Source of the DNA: Octopus bimaculoides | Taxonomy: Eukaryota | Direction of reading: 5' to 3' | DNA: 64,000 bases | NCBI RefSeq assembly: GCF_001194135.2 | Contig: NC_068992.1 | Location: 4,789,493 to 4,853,492, forward strand | Part shown: piece by piece, positions 37,596 through 50,110 of the stretch | Layout: each line of letters opens with the position of its first letter | Numbering within the stretch: position 1 is the stretch's first letter | The notes under the pieces: model-generated | Database searches by the model: none | What the model was told of the DNA's origin: nothing | What the model saw: the letters and a program-made list of their open reading frames with translations, nothing else | Position numbers and translations under genes: made by a program

Positions 37596-38177
37596 TCTCT
37601 TACTAAAGAACCCAAAGATGCAACTTCTTGACAAATCTTCTGACAGCATCACACAACTTTTACGCATTTCAGCGAATAATCCTCTCTCATTACAAATATA
37701 ACAATTCCAAATTTCTCAGACGGTTATATTCCTCACTAAAATAGTATATTTCTCCACATAGTATAATGAAAAAAGTAACGGAGTAATCACTTACACACGA
37801 ACAATGTATCTTTAGTAACTTTTTCTTTCGTGACATTATACATATGTTACAGAAAACATGAACATTTCGCAGGTTTTGCAAGCGAATAGATAAATATATC
37901 TTGCGATCACCATAGAACAATTGTATAGGTGAATGATTGGTTTATATTCCAATAAATATTCGTGAATCAAGGAATTTTCAATGATAAATCATGCTTCGAT
38001 GCGCCTAAAAATATTTCCCTTGTATATTATAAAGCTGACTCATTGCCATTTGCGAAAACAACTACGAGAGATCATAGCTGGAAATGAATGAGTGAAAACT
38101 TTCGTAGAATATACATATTCTGTGTTATCTTTTAACTTTTTTCTTTATTTTCATATATAGATGTACGAAACACACAC

Positions 38178-38306
<129 letters not shown>

Positions 38307-40127
38307 GTATCAGCAACCAGAAGGCCCAGAAGTCGGAGATGAAAATGTATCTGTGTCTTCTTAGCCATCACCGGTACAGTGTACCACACGAGACTCATCA
38401 TTGAAATTAATATGAAAGATTTTGCTTCCTTATGAAAAATGCAGTCTCCGCTTTACCTCTGTTTTTTCATAAATTCAAACATATGTGCGGAAAGTGAAAT
38501 GTTTTATCGATTTTCCATTAATCTATATCCGAATCCATCAGGCAAATATTTTGAGTACATTTAATAAATTATCAGTTTTTTTTTTACACACTTCATTTTC
38601 TTAGGCCATAATATTCTGTAAAATAACTCTAAATAAATTTATTTTAAAAATAATCACGTGTGGTTATTTGGTTTAATTATGTCGTCGGTAGGCTCATTAG
38701 TAATTTCAGAGGCACTGTTAGTTCATCAGTAGATTCTTAACATCGCGTGATTCTTTTGTTCAATCATAACTCTGATTCTCCAAGTTTGTAAGTATCATAA
38801 CTGAAGGTGATTGCGATCGAAACAACTTTGTAAATGTACACAGCACTACTTGGAGCCATGTTGTACCCCGACAAGAATAAAACATCACAGCAACAACAAA
38901 ACAGAAAGAAAAATTATATTTATAACATACTAGTTGAATGTGTTTTTTTATTTGTATTAGTTACAGGTTATATTAGTGCATTTAACGACTTTAGACATTA
39001 TTGATTTTTCTCTAGCTGAGTTCTTTTATGTGTAAATGTTAAATAGGTGCTCTTGATAGATCAACTTTGTGTGTTGATTTGTGGCTTGCAATTAAATGTA
39101 GACAAAATGAAACACAGAAATTACATGTAAGCAGATTTGTATTTTCTAAGCGGCTCTTTATGTCCAGTTGAACACAGGACGTAAAATCTATTTATTTTCG
39201 TTTGATAGCTGTTTATATTGAGTCTATTTTTGTTACACTCTAAGTAATATCATTGTATTAAATAAAGGTATTTCCGACTATTGTGAAGTTTTAATTGCAT
39301 ACCATTAACTAATTCTAGAGTGAAACATATGTTTGCTGTTCTCGGATTCCGCATTCTTATGTATGTATAGGGAAATTATCGATAAACTATCGTTTGCAAT
39401 CTTTTATAGTATCAATAGTATTCGTTAAACGTAACACACTGCTTCTACTTGTGATAGAAAAAATGCTGTGCATATGTTTAATTACACTTATATTTCGTTA
39501 ACACTTATTGCTGGTCTCTTTTAGGATAAAACAGTCATGGATTGGCAGAGCTATAATCGGCTTAGTAGCAGTTCAAACCGATCACTGGTTTTAAATTAAG
39601 AGAATAGATTATCCAGTAGGGCTTTGGTATTTTTAGACGGAAGAAGAGTATTAAGGAATATGTAGCCATTGTTTCTCACATATTTATCGACAATTCTAGG
39701 GTTTCCTCATACGGTAGACCTAAAGTTATTAAATTGCGTTTTAACCAGATATCATGCACGATTTTCCTGACTTATGAAACGGATTTCAGCAAGGGACAAA
39801 AGCTGTACAATGGAGTTTCCAACTTTTGGGGACACTGGTGGACTGTGTACAGTTAAGTGCGAAACTTTAAGATAGCAGGACCTCATTCTAATTGTGATTG
39901 TAACAACGCGGCTTGACAAATAATTCTTTGAGGAAGTATAAAAATAAGGATGCATGCTTTGTACACACATCGAAATATACTGAATAGATAAAGAAAAGTT
40001 TCGTCCTTTGCATCTATTCAAAAATAGCCAACAAAGAAATTTACGGCCTTTGTAAAAATTATTAGGGTTCTAAAATTACTAATGTGATCGTTTTTATGTA
40101 TCTGAAAATTAAGAAAAAAAAAACGAA

Positions 40128-40524
40128 AGAAAACTCAACTGGACATCCTGTTCGATCTTCATCTTCAAGGCTGAAATCTCCACTTCTGAATTTTGCAAAC
40201 CATCATCTGCAAGTTTTTTCATTCAAGCATTCTTTCCCATAAACTGAGTGTATGTTTCGAGTCGCTTCGGCTGCAGAAGTTCCTTTTTTGTACTCATAAA
40301 GCATTATGTGCTTCAAATGCTCATCGGATTCTTTCATGTTAGAAAGGGTTTTAATCAAAGAAATTTTAGTTCTGTTAATCTATAAAATACTAATTAATTA
40401 GTTTAAATGTACACAAATGCATAAAAATAATATTTTTATTTCATCAGACATTCGAAAATACTATTAAATTTCATTCAATTTTTAAAAAGGTAAAATCGGA
40501 CAGAACTTATGGGATGCCCAGATA
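40128..40524 (-). mobile_element. Mariner (Tc1/mariner) 5' end: TA, putative terminal inverted repeat and truncated transposase HTH
   Basis: From ATG at 40337: MKESDEHLKHIMLYEYKKGTSAAEATRNIHSVYGKECLNEKTCR*WFAKFRSGDFSLEDEDRTGCPVEF, a classic mariner N-terminus (WFxKFRxGDFxLED..RxGxP), with an in-frame TGA at 40205-40203. The element end reads TA|TCTGGGCATCCCATAAGTTCTGTCCG at 40524. No second inverted repeat was found. Confidence 0.9.
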
Positions 40525-41782
40525 GATACTTTGACAGGTGTAACCGTTGTAAAATGATGAAATTTCTTCAATATATTAGAGCATGATTTTACATAAAATA
40601 TACGGTTTTGTGTTCGTTTATTTCTACATAGAGAAAAACTTAAATAATATCAAAATCATTCATTTTATTTCTATGATGATGCCTATTCCTTAGGAGAATT
40701 TGGAAACTTCACACTTAGTCAGCTTGCTTCCTTTGAATTTTTGAGACGCTGTCCCTCAGAGAATGAAAGCGAGGATCGGGTTTTTGTCGCTTGTATTGTT
40801 TCGCAAAAACCATAAAATTAACTGTAAATGGTATCCAAATGAAAACTAATCCCTTTAGGGTGGAAATATTATGAACTCAATCACATGTCATATGGCCCAC
40901 AACCACTAAGCACGCAATGATTCATTATTAACAATGAATGAAAAAATGATTGTAAAATAAAAATATTTTTATCTATCGGATGCTGGTAAACTATTAGGCT
41001 TACTGTGTACGACAGATGCATATTAAATAAGAATATGTCAAAAATGATTGCTCAGCGATTCCGGTTATAGCTTTATATTTTGCCAAAATCGTAAGGACTA
41101 AAAATGGTTTGACAAAACATGCTGTTCAAATACATGCGTACATACATGTCAGTTTCTAGTTGGTAGTTTTTTAGCTCATATTTTTATTATCCTTTGGTAC
41201 CAATTTTACGTTTTCCGACAATGCATTTCTGCTAGGAAGATGTTACGTAACCTATATTGTAGATTGATATGGTTTATCTACATGTACAGATTTATCATGT
41301 GTGTGTATGTGAGAGAGAGAAAGAGTGGGTGGGCACGCGCATGTGTGAGAGCGGTATGCACATATGGGTGTTTCTGCATGTATGAATATACAACTAAAGT
41401 CGCCTTTTACATCAAATTGAAAGTATTGATCCTCGAAGCTTTTGAGAAAAGACTACTCTACATTTTACTGTCAGTGATATAATCGGTATTACTTAATGAA
41501 AATAACCATGAGTAAGACGTCATTCTTCAATATTTAAATATGTTTTACTCTTTATTTTTAGCGTCAGACCATCGAATCTACGCTGAAGGTGATTTTGGTA
41601 GATTGAACATCTTTAATATCAGGATGAATCCTGTACGTGTATGTTATTATCTATGTTTGCGTATCTTAGTTTGTGTTTGGCTCCAAGCAACGTGTTGGTT
41701 TCTTTTATCTCCCCGTACCTTAGTGGTTCGGCAAAAAAGAATAATTATATACAAATACCAAACATAGAGAAAAATAGGTTAC

Positions 41783-41806
41783 CGTGGTTAATTCTTCCAC
41801 TAAATT
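41783..41806 (-). other. Candidate 24-nt micro-exon (NLVEELTT)
   Basis: TTTTTTTCTTGTAG acceptor, ACG|GTAACC donor, phase 0-0. Confidence 0.25.
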
Positions 41807-42482
41807 CTACAAGAAAAAAAAAACAGAATGGTCACAGTCAAATGACAAAAACAGTTAAGATATAATTCACCAACTCCTACAACGACTGGTAGGCGAAAGC
41901 TCGAGGTGTCAAGTATGACATTCAACAAATAATAATTACTATTACGGTACAGGAACACAAAAATACGGTAACATATTTATCATTAACAAAATATGCAGAG
42001 ATATATTTGAAAATCAGTTTAGAAAGCAAACGCGTATATTCTTCAACCACCCTTTTCTCCGCCGTAGCGAGTAATGATTAACAGAAATCTCAATTGATAG
42101 AACATTGAACGTGAAAATATACAAAATGAAGTATACAAATTAAATAGTTTTGCAAATCACGTGACAATATGCTATTTAAAACGTTCGCACGTATGTTGAG
42201 TAGTTCGTTTGATTTTATATTTCAGAAATAACTAATTCAATTTTCTCTAATTATTTCAGAAAACAAGTCTTATATTTTGTAAAATGTGAAGTGGAATTTT
42301 CTTTTCCGTCTAATCTTTCTGGAATCGTATACAGCCCTACTTGGAGGACATATAAAGCATATAATAAGAGCTCTTAGAATATAATCGATTATATTTTATC
42401 GATAGTCGTATTGAATAATTCTATTAGAATTTAATGTTGAATAGTATTAATTTGATAAACTTAGTATATCTTGGTAATAATA

Positions 42483-42515
<33 letters not shown>

Positions 42516-42903
42516 GAATATACATGTGTGTGTATGCGCGCGTCTACGCGTGCGTGTATCTATGTATGTCAGTAACTATATGGATATATATACATATATN
42601 NNNNNNNNNNNNNNNNNNNNNNNNNNNNNNNNNNNNNNNNNNNNNNNNNNNNNNNNNNNNNNNNNNNNNNNNNNNNNNNNNNNNNNNNNNNNNNNNNNNN
42701 NNNNNNNNNNNNNNNNNNNNNNNNNNNNNNNNNNNNNNNNNNNNNNNNNNNNNNNNNNNNNNNNNNNNNNNNNNNNNNNNNNNNNNNNNNNNNNNNNNNN
42801 NNNNNNNNNNNNNNNNNNNNNNNNNNNNNNNNNNNNNNNNNNNNNNNNNNNNNNNNNNNNNNNNNNNNNNNNNNNNNNNNNNNNNNNNNNNNNNNNNNNN
42901 NNN

Positions 42904-42962
<59 letters not shown>

Positions 42963-43005
42963 GTGGAATGCGAAATGAATATGAAATTAATATGACGTTA
43001 AGCGT

Positions 43006-43175
43006 GAAGGCAATGACCTGGCAGAGACACCAACGCGTCTGGCAAAATGCTCAGCAGTGTTCCATCTGTTTTCACGTTTGGATTGAATTTCTCTCGAGAT
43101 CGACTTTAACTTTCAACAACGTGGTGTCGATAAATAGGTAGCAGTTGAGTATTGCGATCAATGGGATTGATTTAC
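43006..43175 (+). mobile_element. SINE family B copy
   Basis: GAAGGCAATGACCTGGCAGAGAC...AAAATGCTCAGC...CGAGATCGACTTT...GTCGATAAATAG is collinear with the reverse complement of 16650-16859. Confidence 0.75.
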
Positions 43176-44407
43176 ATCGAACTTTCTCGCCTTGTGTCAA
43201 AATTTGAAACTAGTATGTCTTCAAATACAAAAAAAGACATTATATTAAGCAGCGAAGCAATTTAAGGTTACAGATACGGTGAAATATATCTTCCCAATTC
43301 TAATCTTTTTGTGAATCATTATCACAATATGCATAGAATTTCAGTAGTACTTACTACTGAATTTCAATAGGTTGTCTTCAAAACGGGAAGTAGGAAGTTA
43401 TTATAAAAAATAAACTGGGAATATTGTGTACAATGGTCGAATAATTAGATTGAGCTGGGCTATACACTTATATTAATTTTATCGATGAGTTAATAATATA
43501 GTCAAAGTTATGCAGGACAATGCAATATTACAGTATAGTAATTTATGTGTATAAATAAATAAATAATAGGTTTGATGGACTTATGAAGATGGAAAACTGT
43601 AAATAAAATTATTATTATTAGTACAGAGACAATAAAAAATCAAAGGGAGGTAATTTAAGAAATATATCAATACTTAAGCATTGGGCCAGAGGATAAATAA
43701 AGAAATATCCAATATAAATATTATAATACCTTCTTTTTTTTATCACGTATGTTAATTTAGAGCCACTGATTGCAGGGAAGAAATATATACATTACTTTAA
43801 ATATAATGTAGATATAAAACACATGGATGTGAATAGGCATAAATAAAAGTGGATAGTCAAGGGGAGGTAATAAATTAATAAATTACTGGAACCCCCCCCC
43901 CCCCAATGTTATAGAAATTAGTGAATGTGAACAAAAAAAGAAGTGCAAGTGACCTACAAGAATATCACTTGTAATTATGTATTTGTCTAACGATCAAACA
44001 AATGCACATTTAACTATTGTCATTATTCTGATTGTATACGCATTTAATCTTTGATTATAAATTATTTTATGGATTCTCCGTTATTTTTTATATATTATTT
44101 TATCTTTATTTTTTAACTTTAATTTCTATTTTATTCATTTATCTTATCAGCTTACTAATATTAATTTTGCGCACTGCTTATCAATAGCATTAGTATTGGT
44201 GCATAATACATTGTAATATATAGCAATTATACTCATACACCTACCTTCGCAATTTCTTTGATTTAACATCCGACAAGTATATATTGTCGTATTCTTACTT
44301 TTATTGTAACTACAATAAATATACTTCATTCCTCTCCTTTGTGAGGTTCATACTATATCCTTTACATATACATTTTTATCGGTATAATATGTCCTGATCA
44401 GAATGAT

Positions 44408-44945
44408 GGTAGCAGAGACGTTATTATACATGACAGGCCAGTTTGTTTAACCTCACAAGTCAGCAAATTGAAGGACAAGTTGTGAGGAGGAAGTTGCACT
44501 CGTTGCTAAAATATAATGATTTGTTCCCTGGCAACCATCTTGACTTGCTCCAGAAGAAACTTCCTCTGCATCATTCTAACTGGGTTTTGAAACAACAAAT
44601 GAATCGCTGAAATGTTAATGTGTTGTATCACGATTTTACAAAGGTCTTTCATAAACTTGATGATGGTATAGTCACAGTGTACGGGGACTCGGGTTAATCG
44701 TAAGACTACCGGAGTGGTTAAATGACTTCTGAAAAACAATAGGCAGGCTTCAGACAATCATAAAGAGTTGAGTGTCACAGGGAACTGTCATGGGGACTCT
44801 GCAGTTTATGTTGGCTCTGTCGGACATGCTATCAGTTACGAAGAGTGTCCCACTTGCTAGCTATGCCAGCGATACAGAAATTGATACAAGCAGACGAGTC
44901 ACCTTTTGAAACTAACCTTCTTCACAAAGACCTAGATGCCGAGAG
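44408..44945 (+). mobile_element. CR1-type LINE reverse transcriptase remnant
   Basis: Frameshifted translation gives DRPVCLTSQVSKL (YRPISLTS), VVRRKL, NVNVLYHDFTKVFHKLD (YxDFxKAFDKV), EWLNDF, S*VSQGTVMGTLQF (SGVPQGTVLGPLLF), ASYASDT (YADDT) and LHKDLD, all in RT order. Confidence 0.9.
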
Positions 44946-46087
44946 TAACAACACGTTAATCTCGACTCCCTCATCTTTTCTAACAATACAAACGTTCTGC
45001 CATATTTTCCTTCCATCGAAATACGTTTTTAGCCCTATATACTTCAAATTGGAATCATATTTATAACTGTATTCGCTTCCAGACACACCGCTAACTGATT
45101 CATTTACATATTTATCGATGTTTCTACATTTGCATTCTATGTATGTATGCAAATGTGCGAGTATATGTGTGCGCGAGTTGATATTTGCATAAGTTATGTT
45201 TCTGTAAGAATATGTGTATGTTGATTTACATTCAATTCATTTTATTGTCAATGTGTTTAGTATCCATTATATGGATATGAAAAGAAGAATAACACGAAAT
45301 ACCATTCAGGTGCTAAGTAATGAAATGATTGTCAATTGTTTGAAATGTATTTATTCGGAATGTAACCTGAACGGAAAATTCCTTATATACTTTATACGCT
45401 TCAGTGAATATTGAGACTTTGAAAATGCAGATATTCATGCGAATACATAAATTAATATAAACTTATATGTTTTAGCATGTGAATCCCTATTTAATGTTCA
45501 TAGTATATTCATATTCCGAAAAATATTTAGTATTAATGCATGGTGCTCCATATAATATTAATATTGTATTTGCATGCACTAATATGGCGTTTATTTCCAT
45601 TCTTGTTGGTTTAACATTAAGGAACTGCGAAAACTCTTTATAGTTCGTGTCGATTCCAAATAATCTTACATTTTGCAAAGTTTAGCCGAATACAGGAAAG
45701 AAACAGGAATTAATCTTTTGAATATAAACTTCTATAATGCCTAACAAGATTATATATCTCATTCAACATGATCTGACTTCCATTGACGTCTAGCAACTCA
45801 AAATGTAAGTACACTTTCTGAAAATGTTTAATGTAGGAACATATCCGTGAGACGGAGCTGCAGTTTGGAGGATGAGTGTTATATGGCTAATAGTTATAAT
45901 GTTACATACTCCCACGTGACGGGTTGTATGTGGTAGCCATTATAAATACTTTCAGTCAGTCTGCAGACAGTACGAAGTAGATTTCCATACATAGTCATTG
46001 TCTTACTTGTCTAAGTATACTGCTACAACGGAGTGGGCGTGATAACAGCGCAGCAGAGGATTACACCAGTGACGAAATTTTACTCAC

Positions 46088-46109
46088 CATATGAAGATCA
46101 GTGGTGTTT
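46088..46109 (-). other. Candidate 22-nt micro-exon ending in ATG
   Basis: TTATTAATTGCAG|AAACACCACTGATCTTCATATG|GTGAGT. Confidence 0.25.
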
Positions 46110-46785
46110 CTGCAATTAATAACATCCTCACTGGCATGCAAATTAAGTATGTAGTGTTCATTAAAAGAAGCATACTCCGTACCGTGTTTCTCTGGTTAGA
46201 AGTTTATGTATTCTATTGCAATTAAAACAAGGCCCACACTCGTAATTTACCAAATTAAAAGCAGCTTCAGAATGATACACAGGATGTTTGCTTCTCTACA
46301 TCAATTCTATAAGTCAAGCCGAAGCACCGCACTACACAATTTACAAACCGCTTCGTGAACTGCTGCTCAAATTACAATCAAGAGACTTAGCTCTTCTTTC
46401 ATATTTTTTCCTGCCAATAGTAATCTAGTTGTGCAAGTTAAATAGTTCATATTTGAAATGTATGAGACGTCAACAGCTTCAGTCCCACCTCTCACTATCC
46501 GTTTCAAAGGATAAAATTAAAGCCAATAAATAAATATATAAATATAAGGGGAATATAGAACGTACGAGAAAGGCTTGTATGTATTTAAAACGCAGCTACT
46601 TTAAAATGTAAACGAAAATTAAAACGAGGCATACTAGTATATGAAGCCACAATTTTTCTATGCTATGACCAAATATGCCTATGTGTATGTACGGGTATAG
46701 GTAAATACATGCATATAAATATACATTCATTCGTACGTACTTAGATTTACATATGTGTGAATTCATTTGTGTATATATATATATA

Positions 46786-46798
46786 TATTCTAATCGAG

Positions 46799-46834
<36 letters not shown>

Positions 46835-46847
46835 CTCGATTAGAATA
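46786..46847. repeat. Perfect 62-bp palindrome: 15-bp arms around (AT)16
   Basis: TATTCTAATCGAGTC-(AT)16-GACTCGATTAGAATA. Confidence 0.95.
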
Positions 46848-47768
46848 CTTATCATCATTCTCCCATTCAAACTCCATTGCTGTAATCTAATTGCACATTT
46901 AAAAAGTTTTATATTTAAATGTATTATGCCTACACGAAATCTCACAATCTATTCACTCAGCCATGAAAATTAATCTAACAGTCCTTAGCATGAATTTATT
47001 ACAGTTATTTATAACTAAGTACCTTTCCGTCATTCATCAAAATACACTTGATGATAATGGTGAAGTCTTAGTTTGAATAAATTTGCAAGCTGCTTTCTCG
47101 CTTAGAATGAATACGACAATGATGAATAATTCAGAAGGAAGTAAGAGTAAAGCAACAATGATTTGTATGTCCAGTCTAGAGAGTCTAGTATTATTTCAAA
47201 GTAGGCTTCACAGTGCACTTTATTGTACTGAAATCAAATGTCAATCGCTTTGAAAGAAATTTCACATTAGCAGCTATCCAAACCTAAACAATTCTGTAAG
47301 AGAAAAAAAAAAAAATGGAAGATAGCATTTATTTAAAAGGATAAGTGTAGCTATTTTAAGATAGAACAAAATACAGAATATTTCCCAAACGACAATGAGT
47401 ATTTCATTTCCTCTGTTCGACAGGATGTTTAAGAAAGTGAAAGGATACAATAACTCCTAATACTAATCCGTAATATTGCTAAAATATAAGAGTAACTTTT
47501 TTAACTGACTGCATAGGTAAAAATAATAGTAGTAGTCTCCGCCATTTATTGAAAATATGTAATGTATTAAAAGAGAAGAAAAAAAGAAGCATTTCTGCAG
47601 ACGTAGTTGAAGGAGTAAAGAAACAAACTGAATTGGAGAAACGTGAAAGATGAAAGGAAATGAGAAATGCAAAATCGGATCGAATATGAAAGATACGGAA
47701 GAGTAACTTTAAATTAAATGTAATTCTACATAAAAATTATAATATATATTACCGTACACCCACCGATA

Positions 47769-47860
47769 CATATATACATGTATAGACGTATATAAAGTCA
47801 TTTATACAGACAAACACCTACACACATACGCACAAATCGGATGCCGAAAATTTTTCACCA

Positions 47861-47925
<65 letters not shown>

Positions 47926-48104
47926 GCTAGCTAGCTAGCTAGCTATCTAGCTATCTATCTATCTATGTATCTATCTATCTATCTCATGTGTTCACATATG
48001 TACACATATACATATCTGGACATATATACATGAATAGATTCATTTACACAGACAAACACCCATACACACACGCAAGAATCGGATGCCGAAAAGTTTTCAC
48101 CAAT
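47769..48104 (+). repeat. Diverged direct duplication (~242-bp period) flanking a (TATC)n/(TAGC)n tract
   Basis: TCATTTATACAGACAAACACC...TCGGATGCCGAAAATTTTTCACCAAT (47798-47862) versus TCATTTACACAGACAAACACC...TCGGATGCCGAAAAGTTTTCACCAAT (48040-48104). Confidence 0.9.
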
Positions 48105-48385
48105 TCATCAATTTATCTATCTACAGCGGAAAAGGCTAGCCACTGGACGTGGTTAAAAAGATACGATGAGCGATGGCTAGAAGAATACTGAGCCTTATTT
48201 GATAACCAGTTGATCTAGCAAGCGGGACTTCATATCAGTGATGGGGGCGATGCGCATTGATGTCGTCGAGTTGTAGGTCCCGAAACGGCACGCATTCTCT
48301 GCTCATCACCCCATACGTATGCTGGCTTCGGTATGCGGAGCTTTCGACTGGTGGCACCTGCACGAGCAAGTTGTTTGCAAAATAC

Positions 48386-48447
48386 CTTGTTGATGAATTT
48401 TCACTTGAGAGTGAGCTACCTTCAAATTGCTTTCCGCTAAGCCTTTC
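48386..48447 (-). other. Candidate 62-nt exon
   Basis: TGTACGTTATAG acceptor and AAG|GTATTT donor; two frames open. Confidence 0.22.
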
Positions 48448-48992
48448 CTATAACGTACACTGCATATATTATTACGTATTACGTGTATGATACTTTATGG
48501 CATAGTCTATTTGCCACCACCTATTTGCCATTGCTGTCTTGGCGAAGACTTTACATTCGACGTTTCTTAATGTCTCTTAATTTCCTTTTCCTTCTCTGTC
48601 ACGTTTCTCTCTGCCACNNNNNNNNNNNNNNNNNNNNNNNNNNNNNNNNNNNNNNNNNNNNNNNNNNNNNNNNNNNNNNNNNNNNNNNNNNNNNNNNNNN
48701 NNNNNNNNNNNNNNNNNNNNNNNNNNNNNNNNNNNNNNNNNNNNNNNNNNNNNNNNNNNNNNNNNNNNNNNNNNNNNNNNNNCCTTCCTTCTCTCTCTCT
48801 CCTTCTCTCCTGCCTCTCTCTTTCTGTCCCGCTGCTTATGTAGTAGAGCATGTTTAATTTTATAGGTATCGTGTAAAAGTTGTTTATGTCAATCGTGTTC
48901 CATTAATAAATTGTCATGTCTCTTTCTCTTTCTGACATTTTCTCTCTCTCTCTCTATCTCTCTCTCTCTCTTTATGTGTCTACCAGCCTGCC

Positions 48993-49025
<33 letters not shown>

Positions 49026-50009
49026 TTCTCTCTCTCTCTCTTTCTTTCTTTCTCTTTCTCTCTTTCTCTCTCTCTCTCTTTTATCATCTGTGTATATATT
49101 TCTGAGACTGCGTTTGTGTGAATGTTTCCCACGAGTAGTAGAACATTTTGTCACCAAAAGCTTTGAATGCCTTGTCAGCCGTGTTACATATTCAGTCTCC
49201 AATCGGCCACACTCACTCATCTCATTTTTATACTATTGGTTCTATTCTGTATCTATTACAAATAGCGTACAGAACGCTGTTATTGTTGGCGTTATATCAC
49301 TAATCACATCGAACGGAGAAGGCCTATAATGAAATGCCGTGATGTACTTCTTTTAAATTCACATAATATTTGTCGTACTAAAGCATTGAATGTGTACCTC
49401 TCTTTTCAATTCAATTTATAGTTGACGTCACTACTTCATCTTATAATCAATCGGCTATGAACAACTCCGTCCGTCTGAGTTTATCAAATTAGCATCCATA
49501 TAATTCAAATCACGGTTTGCACGCTTTAAATGGAAAATGAAATTTTAGATAATTGATGTGACGTCAAAGCAAAAGTGTCAGTTGGTGTCTTAAGTCCAAA
49601 AGCTATGTTAGAAAACTACCCAGCTTTCGTGCGTTTGAAAATTCCAAACTCTTAAGGCATAGTACTTCCTATATATCAGCATAGAGCTACTAAATACAAA
49701 CTTAAAACACCCGAATATGAAGAAAATCTATCCTAAAATTTCACGAGATATACAACGAACAAACTCATCGTCTTCGCTTTTAGTTATTTCTCTAATCCGA
49801 TTCACATTACACGGACCATTCCTTCTGCACATTCAAATATCAACTGTTTGATGCAACATTTTATACTTTTCTCTTCCTAATACACGAAGCCAACATCACA
49901 TATTATTGTATATGTTTTCGTTTTTTTCCAGACAGCCATATTGCACACCAACTTAATACCTCTACTATTCCCGGACCACTTGAATACTTATTTGATTTAT
50001 AACACCACT

Positions 50010-50110
50010 TGAAAAGATACTAGGCTTACAAAAAATAAGTCTTGGGGACCATTTGCTTGACTAAATTCTCCGGCATGCCCACAGTCAAATGACAGGAACA
50101 AATAAAAGAA
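50010..50110 (+). mobile_element. SINE family A tail fragment
   Basis: TACTAGGCTTACAAAAAATAAGTCTTGGGG...GGCATGCCCACAGTCAAATGACAGGAACAAATAAAAGAAT matches 11520-11622. Confidence 0.75.

Noticed and set aside
39737-39856. Plus-strand Trp-rich open stretch (ISCTIFLTYETDFSKGQKLYNGVSNFWGHWWTVYS*)
   Set aside because: Single acceptor only, no recognisable family and no linked exons.
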